Made by a program: the position numbers and the translations under genes
Notes under the pieces: generated by a model
Databases searched by the model: none
Told to the model about the DNA's origin: nothing
What the model saw: only the letters and a program-made list of their open reading frames with translations
Part shown: positions 1 to 8,918 of the stretch, one piece after another
Position numbering within the stretch: position 1 is the stretch's first letter
How the letters are laid out: the number at the start of each line of letters is the position of its first letter
Virus record (IMG/VR): IMGVR_UViG_3300002307_000047
Coordinates: 1 to 64,000 of that record
DNA length: 64,000 nucleotides
Strand: one strand, 5' to 3'
Source of the DNA: an uncultured virus (IMG/VR IMGVR_UViG_3300002307_000047)
Lineage: Duplodnaviria > Heunggongvirae > Uroviricota > Caudoviricetes

Positions 1-45
1 TTTGCGTACCGCGCCCGGTTGTTTGTATTGTGTGATTAAAAAATA

Positions 46-591
46 TTAGTTGTTAGTAGCTGTTTTTTCGTCTCTCCAATTTGCATAGTGAGTAAATGTA
101 ATTTCAGGCATTACAGACCTTAGAACGGATAACAATAGATTTGTGTCCATTACTTTCACCTTTTCATTTGAGTTCCACCTTTGTTTACCACCTGAAAAAA
201 AATTGAACGTTACATAGTGCGAATATTTAGGATCAAACTCATAGACTATATTAACCTTGTCTAAAAACGGATTCTTATAAATAATATCCTTTATATAGTC
301 TTTTATCTTTATGACCTTTGGCATTGACTTTTTAGCCAGCTCATAGTTCTCTACACATGCACCGCTCAATAGCTGATTATTGATTAAGAAAGTTTCTAAG
401 CAATCAAATCCTATTGTATAGCTTTTATTATCATTCAATCCTTTGACATGTGCATGATTCGCTATTAGTTTGCCGCAATTATCACAAGGGCAACCGCCGC
501 CATCTACAATTGATATATAGTTAGTACCTGTTAAGAGATACATTTGAGCTAGTGACAGGTTGCGTTGAATTATTCTTTTAGTGGCGTTCAT
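46..591 (-). CDS. hypothetical phage protein with Cys motifs (CPCDNCG...GFDC), possible zinc finger
   Basis: 181-aa ORF; minus-strand TACCTTTG promoter box at 629-636. Confidence 0.6.
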   Translation of the reverse strand: MNATKRIIQRNLSLAQMYLLTGTNYISIVDGGGCPCDNCGKLIANHAHVKGLNDNKSYTIGFDCLETFLINNQLLSGACVENYELAKKSMPKVIKIKDYIKDIIYKNPFLDKVNIVYEFDPKYSHYVTFNFFSGGKQRWNSNEKVKVMDTNLLLSVLRSVMPEITFTHYANWRDEKTATNN

Positions 592-805
592 GTGATACTT
601 TTATTTGTTCTTAGCTCCGATTGCGATACAAAGGTAAAAAGCCTTTTGATTAAAACAAACTATTTTATTCATTGCAATCTATTTTTAACAATAATAATAC
701 TAAGTAACTGTAAATCAGCACTATTCTTTTTGCAAATAATTATATTTAATGCTATCTATTGGTATTTAGATTGATTATTGTAAATTTGTACCATAAATAA
801 AAACA

Positions 806-1000
806 ATGGGTAGAACTAAAGTAAATACAAAGTATAGACCGTTTACGGGACGCGTCCCCGATTCGCTTGATTCGCTGTTCATAGCAAGGTGCAAGGAATT
901 AGGCCACGTCAACAAAGAAGGCGAAATTAAGCCTACCAAGTACGTAAATGAGCTGATAGCAAATGATCTAAAGCAATATGCTAAAACAATAAAACCATAA
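806..1000 (+). CDS. small DNA-binding protein, ribbon-helix-helix-like
   Basis: 64 aa, basic N-terminus then strand-helix-helix pattern; TAAATTTG box at 781-788 and A-rich start region. Confidence 0.5.
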   Translation: MGRTKVNTKYRPFTGRVPDSLDSLFIARCKELGHVNKEGEIKPTKYVNELIANDLKQYAKTIKP

Positions 1001-1046
1001 GCAATGAAAACAATAGAGGCCGAAATAAGAGAGATAATGGATAGGA

Positions 1047-1071
1047 GGCAATGATATACATTTTTACACTA
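1047..1071 (+). repeat. left terminal inverted repeat, preceded by the 8-bp target duplication at 1039-1046
   Basis: Begins GGCnnTG; complementary to 4660-4684. Confidence 0.93.
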
Positions 1072-1125
1072 AATAATTTGGTGGTTTGAAATATTGAGCA
1101 TATATTTACACCATAATTAAAAACC

Positions 1126-2049
1126 ATGCTGCCTGAATTCAAATCAATCCTCGACTTAATAAAAGCCTTTCCAACTGAACAAAGTTGTATTGACCATTTG
1201 GAAACATTACGTTGGAATGGCAATGTAATGAGTCCTTTTGATTCATCCTCCAAGATTTACAAGTGTGCAGGCAACAAATACAAATGTAAGAATACAGGCA
1301 AGTATTTTAACGTCAGGACAGGTACTTTTTTTGACAACACAAAGATTCCATTGCAAAAATGGTTCTTAGCATTATATGTTTTCAGTTCTCACAAAAAGGG
1401 CATTTCATCTCACCAGTTAGCTAAGGATATTGATATTACTCAAAAAAGTGCATGGTTTGTTTTGCACCGTCTACGTTATGGCTTTGCGCATCCTAATTTC
1501 AAGGCTACACTAAGTAACATTGTGGAAATAGATGAAACGTTCGTCGGTGGTGAGTCTAAGAATAAGCACGAGAACAAAAAAGCTAAAAATTCACGCGGTG
1601 GGACTATAAGCACTAAAGCCCCTGTTTTAGGTATGTTGGAGAGGGACGGTAAAGTAGTTGCTCAGGCTATCCCTACAGTACACAAAAAAGATTTGCTTCC
1701 AGTAATAAAGGAAACAGTTGCCCCTATGTCTATCATTATAACCGATCAATACAATGCCTATAATGATTTGGGAAAAACTTATTTTCACGAATCAGTAAAT
1801 CACAGTGCAAAAGAGTATGTTCGCGGTATGGCTCACACCAATGGAATTGAAAATTTTTGGTCGCATCTGCAAAGGGGTATCACTGGAATTTATCACCAAG
1901 TGAGTATGAAACACCTTAACTCATATGTCATTGAATATACCCTTCGGTTTAATACACGTAAGGACACAACTAATGACCGATTTAATGCAATTTTGAGCCA
2001 CACAGGGAATAGAAGATTAACTTACGCTAAATTGATTGACCATGCTTAA
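1126..2049 (+). CDS. tnp: IS1595-family (ISXO2-like) DDE transposase
   Basis: N-terminal zinc-ribbon-like region; GISSHQLA HTH; motifs VEIDETFVGG, IITDQY, VNHS, HTNGIENFW. Confidence 0.95.
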   Translation: MLPEFKSILDLIKAFPTEQSCIDHLETLRWNGNVMSPFDSSSKIYKCAGNKYKCKNTGKYFNVRTGTFFDNTKIPLQKWFLALYVFSSHKKGISSHQLAKDIDITQKSAWFVLHRLRYGFAHPNFKATLSNIVEIDETFVGGESKNKHENKKAKNSRGGTISTKAPVLGMLERDGKVVAQAIPTVHKKDLLPVIKETVAPMSIIITDQYNAYNDLGKTYFHESVNHSAKEYVRGMAHTNGIENFWSHLQRGITGIYHQVSMKHLNSYVIEYTLRFNTRKDTTNDRFNAILSHTGNRRLTYAKLIDHA

Positions 2050-2953
2050 AATACATGCTCAGGGGAAGGATATTTCTATAATGCAGGTAGGCAACAATGT
2101 CTACATGAGCCTGACCGATATAATAAAAGGAGAGGAAGGGACTGACCACATTAAGAACTGGATGCGCAATAGAAATACTGTCGAGTTTTTAGGACTATGG
2201 GAGTCTTTAAACAACCCAAATTTCAAAGGTGTCGAATTCGATACCTTTCGGAAAGAGGCGGGGTTAAACAGTTTCACGCTCACTCCTAAGAAATGGGTGG
2301 ATTCCACAGACGCAATAGGCATAGTCTCAAAGGCTGGTCAAAATGGAGGCACATTTGCTCATAAGGACATAGCATTAGAGTTTTGTACATGGCTCAGCCC
2401 ACTATTTAAATTGCTCATTCTAAAGGAATTTCAAAGGCTCAAAGAGGCAGAAGCAATACAGGGCAAATGGGATATTCGCCGCTTCATTGCAAAGGCTAGT
2501 TATAAGATTCAAACCGATGCAATTAAAGCTCACCTACTACCTGCTAGAAATATGCCCAAAGACAAAGAGGGTATTGTATATGCCGAGGAAGCGGAATTGC
2601 TGAATTATGCTTTGTTTGGGATGACCTCTAAAGAATGGCGAGAAAAGAACACTAAGGCTGTATTAGAAGGGCTTAATTTGCGCGACTATGCAGATACTCA
2701 CCAGTTAATAGTTTTGTCGCATCTTGAGAGCTTAAACGCCTCTATGATTAAACAGGGCATACCGCCGAAAGAGCGTTTTATCTATTTGCGGGACACTGCG
2801 GTAGATCAATTGAATTCACTTAAAAGTAGTAATGCAGATGAAACGCTTAGATTGGATAGCCCTCATGTTGCATCCGAGAAAACAACGGAAAGCGTATTTA
2901 ACCAAAGCCTGAAAGGATTACTAAACGTACCACCACCACAAAAAAATAAATAG
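2036..2953 (+). CDS. KilA-N domain DNA-binding protein
   Basis: YMSLTDI, IKNWMRNRNTVEFLGLWE and GGTFAHKDIALEFCTWLSP are typical KilA-N motifs. Confidence 0.9.
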   Translation: MTMLKIHAQGKDISIMQVGNNVYMSLTDIIKGEEGTDHIKNWMRNRNTVEFLGLWESLNNPNFKGVEFDTFRKEAGLNSFTLTPKKWVDSTDAIGIVSKAGQNGGTFAHKDIALEFCTWLSPLFKLLILKEFQRLKEAEAIQGKWDIRRFIAKASYKIQTDAIKAHLLPARNMPKDKEGIVYAEEAELLNYALFGMTSKEWREKNTKAVLEGLNLRDYADTHQLIVLSHLESLNASMIKQGIPPKERFIYLRDTAVDQLNSLKSSNADETLRLDSPHVASEKTTESVFNQSLKGLLNVPPPQKNK

Positions 2954-2954
2954 C

Positions 2955-3926
2955 ATGGAAAAGATAAGGTTTATTGACTTATTCTGCGGTATAGGAGGTT
3001 TTCATACTGCTATGCATTCAGCTTGCATCGAAAATAATTTAATACCCGAATGCGTGTTTGCTTCGGATATAGATGTTTCATGTCAAGATTCATACGAAAA
3101 TAATTTTGGACTTAGGCCAGTAGGGGATATTACAAAGGTTAATGAAAATGATGTGCCCGATCATGACATTTTATTTGCCGGATTTCCTTGTCAGCCATTT
3201 AGTATAATAGGCAACATGAAGGGTTTTCATGACATTAGGGGAACATTGTTTTTTGATATTGTCAGGATAATAAAAGCCAAATCTCCTAAAGCCATTGTAC
3301 TTGAAAATGTAAAACAATTGGTAGGTCACAATAAGGGAGAGACTTTAAAAGTTATAATGAAAACCCTAAAAGACATAGGTTATAACCCACGCTTCGCTGT
3401 TCTAAACGCTTTAGATTACGGGCTACCACAAAAGAGGGAAAGGATAATTATTGTAGGACATAGGGAGCCTATACAGTTTACTTATCCTGAGCCAAAGCGA
3501 CCATTTAAACCATTATCCGAGGTACTTGAAAGCAAGGTAGACAAAAAACATTTTGCATCGGACTATATAAAAGAAAAGAGAAAAGAGAGTCATAAATCTG
3601 CCTACAAATTGGCTATATGGCATGAAAATAAAGCGGGTAATATCTGCTCTTACCCTTATTCATGTGCATTACGAGCGGGTGCCTCTTACAATTATCTTTT
3701 GGTCAATGGCGAAAGAAGATTAACCCCACGGGAAATGTTTCGCCTACAGGGATTTCCAGATACCTATAAGATTACACCTAATGATGGACAGGCAAGGAAA
3801 CAAGCGGGTAACGCTGTTCCTGTAAATTTAGTTAAGGCTGTTATTTTGAAACTTTTACCTTATGTTGCATCTACAATGGATATGACATCAGTATTAAAAG
3901 ATTACGAAGTAACAACACATGGCTAA
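2955..3926 (+). CDS. DNA (cytosine-5) methyltransferase; target-recognition domain resembles M.HaeII
   Basis: Motifs DLFCGIGG, GFPCQPFS, LENV, PQKRER, QAGNAV; target-recognition region IWHENKAGNICSYPYSCALRAGASYNYL. Confidence 0.95.
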   Translation: MEKIRFIDLFCGIGGFHTAMHSACIENNLIPECVFASDIDVSCQDSYENNFGLRPVGDITKVNENDVPDHDILFAGFPCQPFSIIGNMKGFHDIRGTLFFDIVRIIKAKSPKAIVLENVKQLVGHNKGETLKVIMKTLKDIGYNPRFAVLNALDYGLPQKRERIIIVGHREPIQFTYPEPKRPFKPLSEVLESKVDKKHFASDYIKEKRKESHKSAYKLAIWHENKAGNICSYPYSCALRAGASYNYLLVNGERRLTPREMFRLQGFPDTYKITPNDGQARKQAGNAVPVNLVKAVILKLLPYVASTMDMTSVLKDYEVTTHG

Positions 3927-4662
3927 AATATCTCCCAAACTAAGAACGGTACACAAAAGCCCACCAGCTTATGAGTTAAACAAATTCCCTAAAGAACTGC
4001 CCTATACAATAGGTCGGGAAATTGTCTATTTGCTTGCATCCAAAGGCAAGCCTAATTTAATTGGCTCTGAATGGGAAGAGATATTTGCTAAGAGCATCGG
4101 TGCCGAATGGAGAGATTCAAACGTTGGTTTAGATGACGTTAGACTAGGTAATACAGCATGGGGAGCAAAGACAGTCAAGTCTGTAAACCCTGCGAATCAA
4201 AAAAAGGTACGTCTTATTTCAGGTAGAAATTCAATTGTATATTCATTCGGTGCAAACATTGATGTGTCGGTAGATCCTAATCTGCCTGGTGAACAAGTTT
4301 TATCTATTTGGAATGATAGAGTAAGCGCAATAAGAGAGAGATTCGACCATTTACGCACCATAGTACTTATAAAGTCAAATGACTTGTCAGAAGTGGTCGT
4401 ATTTGAGTTTGAAACTATAAGGTATGACCCTGAGTTGTTTTATTGGAAATGGAATAAAGAGAACAATCTCGAAGGGTATGATAAAAACGGACACGAGCAT
4501 GTATTTACTTGGCAACCTCATGGCTCACAATTTACCATTCATGAGAAAGTGCCATCCGAAAAGGTTACGATCAAAATAAGAAAGCCACAAGTACTAGATA
4601 AAGATAAAACGCTACAGGCTTTGGGCTTTGATAGCTCATGGGTAACTGTAATTAGCAGCTAG
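3919..4662 (+). CDS. putative type II restriction endonuclease, PD-(D/E)XK-like
   Basis: Overlaps the methyltransferase stop; 247 aa; WEEIFA...LDDV...GAKTVK resembles a PD-(D/E)XK arrangement; mainly a context-based call. Confidence 0.7.
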   Translation: MAKISPKLRTVHKSPPAYELNKFPKELPYTIGREIVYLLASKGKPNLIGSEWEEIFAKSIGAEWRDSNVGLDDVRLGNTAWGAKTVKSVNPANQKKVRLISGRNSIVYSFGANIDVSVDPNLPGEQVLSIWNDRVSAIRERFDHLRTIVLIKSNDLSEVVVFEFETIRYDPELFYWKWNKENNLEGYDKNGHEHVFTWQPHGSQFTIHEKVPSEKVTIKIRKPQVLDKDKTLQALGFDSSWVTVISS

Positions 4663-4684
4663 TGTAAAATAATATATCATTGCC
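4660..4684 (-). repeat. right terminal inverted repeat, followed by the target duplication at 4685-4692
   Basis: TAGTGTAAAATAATATATCATTGCC; its first TAG is the endonuclease stop codon. Confidence 0.93.
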
Positions 4685-4945
4685 GGATAGGAATGATGAA
4701 ACAGTCTATGACAATAGCGATATAAGGCATCGCGGCGTACTGGATAATGACTATGCCGATTTAATCAAAGAACTATCAGTCCTCATAGAGAGGCGCGAAA
4801 AACTGGCTACGGAGATACTGTAAAAGAATACGACATAGCGGAAGAAATCAAAAGGCACATTAAACCAGTTAAACGCCTTTTTTAATCCCTAAAGCGAAGC
4901 GGTTAAAGTGAGCATAGCGAACTAATAAACAATGCTCATTCTGTA

Positions 4946-5320
4946 TTACACGCCCAACAATCTGCATATCTCCAAATTAATCTCCTTTATCCCCGCACAT
5001 AAATAATCCCTACCCTCAGTATTTAGCAACTCCCTGCTAACCCTGCTCCTTTCCTCTAATAGTTTCTTTAGCTCCAATAAACGACGCGTGTCATTCTCTA
5101 TCCAATTGGCATAATTAACGACTACCTCAGTAGTGATATTAGCCCTCAATACAACACTATCCAATGGCTGTAAACACTTCTCTATTGCACCCCTTGCCCA
5201 AGTAGCAGGCTTAACCCCTGATAGCTCAGAAACGGCAATTATCCGGCTTCTCATGGCCTTAGATAGTCTCACCTCAAACCTTTCCCCATATTGCTCCATG
5301 TATATCAATTGTACGGACAA
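4946..5320 (-). CDS. hypothetical protein, possible RHH-type regulator
   Basis: RFEVRLSKAMRSRI...PATWARGAIE resembles an RHH domain; C-terminal coiled coil. Confidence 0.5.
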   Translation of the reverse strand: MSVQLIYMEQYGERFEVRLSKAMRSRIIAVSELSGVKPATWARGAIEKCLQPLDSVVLRANITTEVVVNYANWIENDTRRLLELKKLLEERSRVSRELLNTEGRDYLCAGIKEINLEICRLLGV

Positions 5321-6131
5321 ATCTCGCTAAATTAACCACAAGTTCAAAGGAATAAACGCCAAACACCTATTATAAGGTATAAAACTAAACAAGCGTTTAA
5401 TAAAGCATCCAATAAACACACTACCAGCAACAATCCAACTAAACGGTAATGTTTTAGACGTTGTTCGGCTACCGCCTTTCACCAAGTTCATTGGTTTTGA
5501 GCTAGTTGTGATTCTGCGTCTCAAGTAATTTGGTATCAGTTGCACGATAACAGCTTGATTGTTAAACGCTTTATGGGAATGTTGTGATCTCAAAAGTTGA
5601 TCCAATTTGTGCGAATTATGCAACGAATCACATAGCTACTTTTATGTTAACTCCAATAATGGCTTAATTGTGCTATTATCAAATCACTTTATGAGGCTAC
5701 CAAACAGTTTCACCACATTTCAGTTATCGCTTTATCGCTTTACCCATGATCTAAACAGATCAGCTTTATGAGGATAACAGATTGGTAATCAATGTCAAAT
5801 TAGGATGAACAAGGGCACCCCTCAGCATAAAACCGTTTCCCCTTTTGCGTTTGGGTTTGCCGAAATGGCACGTTCGTTCTCCATCGTTATCTACATATCA
5901 GAATTTTTGGCGGGAAAAATTTTAGGAGATTTTTTTCTTTGGCATCGCGTTTTACGATGTCCACTACGTGTCAGGTTTTAATTCCCTCGATTTCGATGGT
6001 TTTAACTAATTGGTACTATGCAATCAATACTAGTCTAAGAATACTAAGAAGGAGGGTGCCTGTAACGTAGATATAGCTTCAAAGTCATTTACAAGTTTTG
6101 TAATGCTAAATTATCATTTTTGTAACTTTTG

Positions 6132-6162
6132 TTTGTAATTGTGCGAATAGTTACTATATTTG
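6132..6162 (+). promoter_or_regulatory. Bacteroidota housekeeping promoter (-33 TTTG / -7 TAnnTTTG)
   Basis: TTTG at 6132-6135, 19-nt spacer, TATATTTG at 6155-6162, ATG at 6168. Confidence 0.7.
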
Positions 6163-6167
6163 TAACT

Positions 6168-6701
6168 ATGGATAATGGTAGTAAAATAGGGTTTAAAGAC
6201 CTGCCATGCTATGAGGTGAATCCCTTTATAGCCGACATGCAGACTAGATTGATTCCTCGTAAGATCAAAGTGAAACACAATGAGCGGTTTCATAATATGG
6301 AGACCGGGGAGGTTAGGGATATTTTAACAGAGACAGGGCAGATTATTTACGAGTGGAAAGACCCTACTCCGTTCGTTAAGATATTCAACGATCAGGATAA
6401 CTACAAAGACATGGCTAATCTGTCTAAGGGTGCTAACTACTTGTTTTGGCTCATAAATAGCAAGTTAAAGCCTAATGCAGATGTTGTTCGGCTATTGTTG
6501 GCTGAGTACATGGAATATGCCGACACAAGCAATCGGGGACAATTTTACACATCTATCGTTGAATTGGCGATTAAACGGTTTATTGTCAAAATAGGTTCTG
6601 ACACGTTTTACATCAATCCTATCAAGTTTTTTAATGGAAGGAGGGATGTGTTAGCTAGCGATCCGATGGATGCGTATATTAAACAGCATAAAAATAAATA
6701 A
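6168..6701 (+). CDS. RepL-like replication/maintenance protein (winged helix)
   Basis: PFVKIF and C-terminal FYINPIKFFNG motifs; start moved to ATG 6168 because of the promoter position. Confidence 0.6.
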   Translation: MDNGSKIGFKDLPCYEVNPFIADMQTRLIPRKIKVKHNERFHNMETGEVRDILTETGQIIYEWKDPTPFVKIFNDQDNYKDMANLSKGANYLFWLINSKLKPNADVVRLLLAEYMEYADTSNRGQFYTSIVELAIKRFIVKIGSDTFYINPIKFFNGRRDVLASDPMDAYIKQHKNK

Positions 6702-6705
6702 CAAT

Positions 6706-6951
6706 ATGGGGCTTTTAAATCAAGATGAGTGTACGAGCGTTATTATTAATTTGACGAAGGATCAGGATGAATTGTTGCGCAATACTGGCCATAGGTGGGT
6801 AAGTGAAGGTGAGTACGATATATACCAAAATCCCATGTACTTTAATAGGCTTGAGGATGGGTCATATGAGATGCTATACTTTGACGAGTTGCCTGATGAG
6901 GTACAGGAAAGCGTTAGACGTTGGCGGGATAAGCACATTGATTCTTACTAA
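6706..6951 (+). CDS. hypothetical protein
   Basis: ORF closely following RepL. Confidence 0.55.
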   Translation: MGLLNQDECTSVIINLTKDQDELLRNTGHRWVSEGEYDIYQNPMYFNRLEDGSYEMLYFDELPDEVQESVRRWRDKHIDSY

Positions 6952-6983
6952 AATATTTCTTATCATTGCTAAAACCAAACAAC

Positions 6984-7718
6984 ATGAAGCTAACCAAAGA
7001 TAATTTAGAGAAGTGTGCGCCGAAAAACATACAAGACCCGCTATTTAGTTTTATTGTTTTCGTGAATGGCAAATTTACTCAATCGGATATATTAAGTGAG
7101 CGCGGAGTTCTTACTAATGGGGTTGACTACATACCCATACCTGTTTATTTGAGATCGTTTCCTGATGCAGAGTTCTTCCCCGCCTCCGAGATCAAGATGC
7201 CGAATAGTGTAGATGAATCATTTGCGGCACACATTGACGCAGAGAAGCCAAAAGGCTATGACACTTTGATGGAGAAATATAAAAACTACAAAAAATCTGA
7301 ATGGGGGGAATCGAATAGCAAAGACGAAACATCTCAATGGCTCCAAGACCTAGACTATAATCTCGCAGGCATAGGCTTGCTTGTTACCGATCCTAAAGCT
7401 CAGCCGTTCATTGACGCTTGCAAGGTGGCTTTGGACAAGCTGGGGCAGAGGGAGGCGGGAGCAAAGGTGTGGTTTGATGCTATGAACCGAAAGGCTAAAT
7501 TTGACACAAGGGATAGCAACCCCAAAGGCGTAATCCAAGAGATTTGTAAGGATAAAGAAGTTGTAGCCTATACAGGCGGTGTAACCCAAGCAGACTTTGA
7601 TAAAATAGCCGATGGGTTCAATAAGGTTGCTGAACTTGGCAAACCTATTTTGGAAAGGCAAGTAGACAAGATTGATTCTTTCCTAAAGACCAAGTTCGGG
7701 GAGGACTATACAGCATGA
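6984..7718 (+). CDS. hypothetical protein
   Basis: About 244-aa ORF with A-rich start region. Confidence 0.65.
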   Translation: MKLTKDNLEKCAPKNIQDPLFSFIVFVNGKFTQSDILSERGVLTNGVDYIPIPVYLRSFPDAEFFPASEIKMPNSVDESFAAHIDAEKPKGYDTLMEKYKNYKKSEWGESNSKDETSQWLQDLDYNLAGIGLLVTDPKAQPFIDACKVALDKLGQREAGAKVWFDAMNRKAKFDTRDSNPKGVIQEICKDKEVVAYTGGVTQADFDKIADGFNKVAELGKPILERQVDKIDSFLKTKFGEDYTA

Positions 7719-7864
7719 TTTTAGGATTAAAAATAGACTGGGAAGCACTCAACTTCCGCTCCCGCCTCCGCGCATGGTGGTCGCACTACAAGTTTGTCCA
7801 TCGTTACGGTGTCAATAAACATCGGCATGAGCATTATGGCGTAACTTTAAATAATAAACAATGA
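7715..7864 (+). CDS. small hypothetical protein (49 aa)
   Basis: ATGA overlaps at both ends suggest translational coupling. Confidence 0.4.
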   Translation: MILGLKIDWEALNFRSRLRAWWSHYKFVHRYGVNKHRHEHYGVTLNNKQ

Positions 7865-8013
7865 TCTGGACAGGCATTTTAACGAAAGAGGCCCTTGATG
7901 CAGAGTTCAAGAGAATATCTGATGAACTTGAGGCATACGCAAATGAAAAACTGCGTAGGCAAAAGGTGTTTGAGATTTTCAAATCAACCGGAATGATTAT
8001 TTATCATGGATGA
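7861..8013 (+). CDS. small hypothetical protein (50 aa)
   Basis: MIWTGILTKEALDAEFKRI...; ATGA overlap with the upstream ORF. Confidence 0.45.
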   Translation: MIWTGILTKEALDAEFKRISDELEAYANEKLRRQKVFEIFKSTGMIIYHG

Positions 8014-8069
8014 ACCCAAAGTAGACTTTTGCGAGATAGGTGGCTATATTCTGATCTTCAACAAGAAGA

Positions 8070-8366
8070 TTAGGTAAGCGAAAGCTCTATAGCCTTTATA
8101 CGTTTGTCGATAGCATCCAATCTTGAATCAGAATCGCCAGTTTTTATCCATTCAAGGCTCATGGCGGACTCTTTAGCCATGCGCTCACACATCTCATCCG
8201 CTGGCTCGGATTTATGCCCTATAACATCCCTTAGCCTTTCAAAGTCCTCACCTGATGCCTGCGCGTACTGCAATGGCGATTGAAACTTCTTGGATTTACC
8301 CTGTTTGGTGCGGGGATTGCCGATGATGGAGTAATAGGCTTGCATAAAGCGGTCTGTTCTGTTCAT
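8070..8366 (-). CDS. HTH repressor-like protein (cI/Cro N-terminal type)
   Basis: SLEWIKTG resembles the xWLxTG end of cI-type HTH domains; minus-strand TATATTTG box at 8384-8391. Confidence 0.5.
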   Translation of the reverse strand: MNRTDRFMQAYYSIIGNPRTKQGKSKKFQSPLQYAQASGEDFERLRDVIGHKSEPADEMCERMAKESAMSLEWIKTGDSDSRLDAIDKRIKAIELSLT

Positions 8367-8423
8367 ATTGGGGATTTATTACTCAAATATAGGAATTTGA
8401 TTCCCATTTACTAATTTTATCGC

Positions 8424-8858
8424 ATGAAAGAATCATTTGATACGGTGACGTGTGATATATGCGCCAAGGACTTTGTGTGGAAGAAGCTCAGGGAAACCAA
8501 AGAATACGACTTTAGAATAGCCATACATTACAGTAAATCAATCAATTGTTATGACTCAGCTAAAGTAGTACTTTACATGCACAGCGAGCTAGCCAAGAGC
8601 TATCTTTTGAAGGATATAGCAGTAGCCGCGCATGAGTTGGGGCACTATGAGCAAGCGTTATATGGCTACTGGCTAATGAAAATAAGAGAGAAGAGTGGGG
8701 TATTTATTCGGCGAATACTTGACGTGTTCATTGAGGCCGATGCGAATAGGCGCGGTATGCTGATATTGGGCGACTACGCTAAGGGATATGAGCAAGATAT
8801 AGCCAAAATGTACCAAAAAATGCTGTGGGCGTACAAAAAAGAAGCAATTAGGTTTTGA
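8424..8858 (+). CDS. zinc metallopeptidase, HEXXH type (YugP / neutral zinc peptidase-like)
   Basis: IAVAAHELGHYEQ plus downstream IEADANRRG third-ligand motif. Confidence 0.75.
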   Translation: MKESFDTVTCDICAKDFVWKKLRETKEYDFRIAIHYSKSINCYDSAKVVLYMHSELAKSYLLKDIAVAAHELGHYEQALYGYWLMKIREKSGVFIRRILDVFIEADANRRGMLILGDYAKGYEQDIAKMYQKMLWAYKKEAIRF

Positions 8859-8918
8859 ACTATGAATTTCATTCCTATATTTGCATTGCTAAGTCAAAAT
8901 ATCTGAATAATAAAATAA

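Larger units (their letters stand above)
1047..4684 (+). mobile_element. IS1595-family transporter IS (3638 bp) with KilA-N and restriction-modification passenger genes
   Basis: Left IR GGCAATGATATACATTTTTACACTA (1047-1071) matches the reverse complement of 4660-4684 at 22/25; GGATAGGA duplicated at 1039-1046 and 4685-4692; IS1595 transposase inside. Confidence 0.95.
1004..4823 (+). pseudogene. 57-aa phage gene split by the IS1595 element
   Basis: Joining 1004-1046 to 4693-4823 gives the open frame MKTIEAEIREIMDRNDETVYDNSDIRHRGVLDNDYADLIKELSVLIERREKLATEIL*. Confidence 0.7.

Noticed and set aside
565..1253. ORFs 565-774 (+) and 981-1253 (-)
   Set aside because: The first spans an AT-rich divergent promoter region; the second crosses the IS boundary antisense to the transposase
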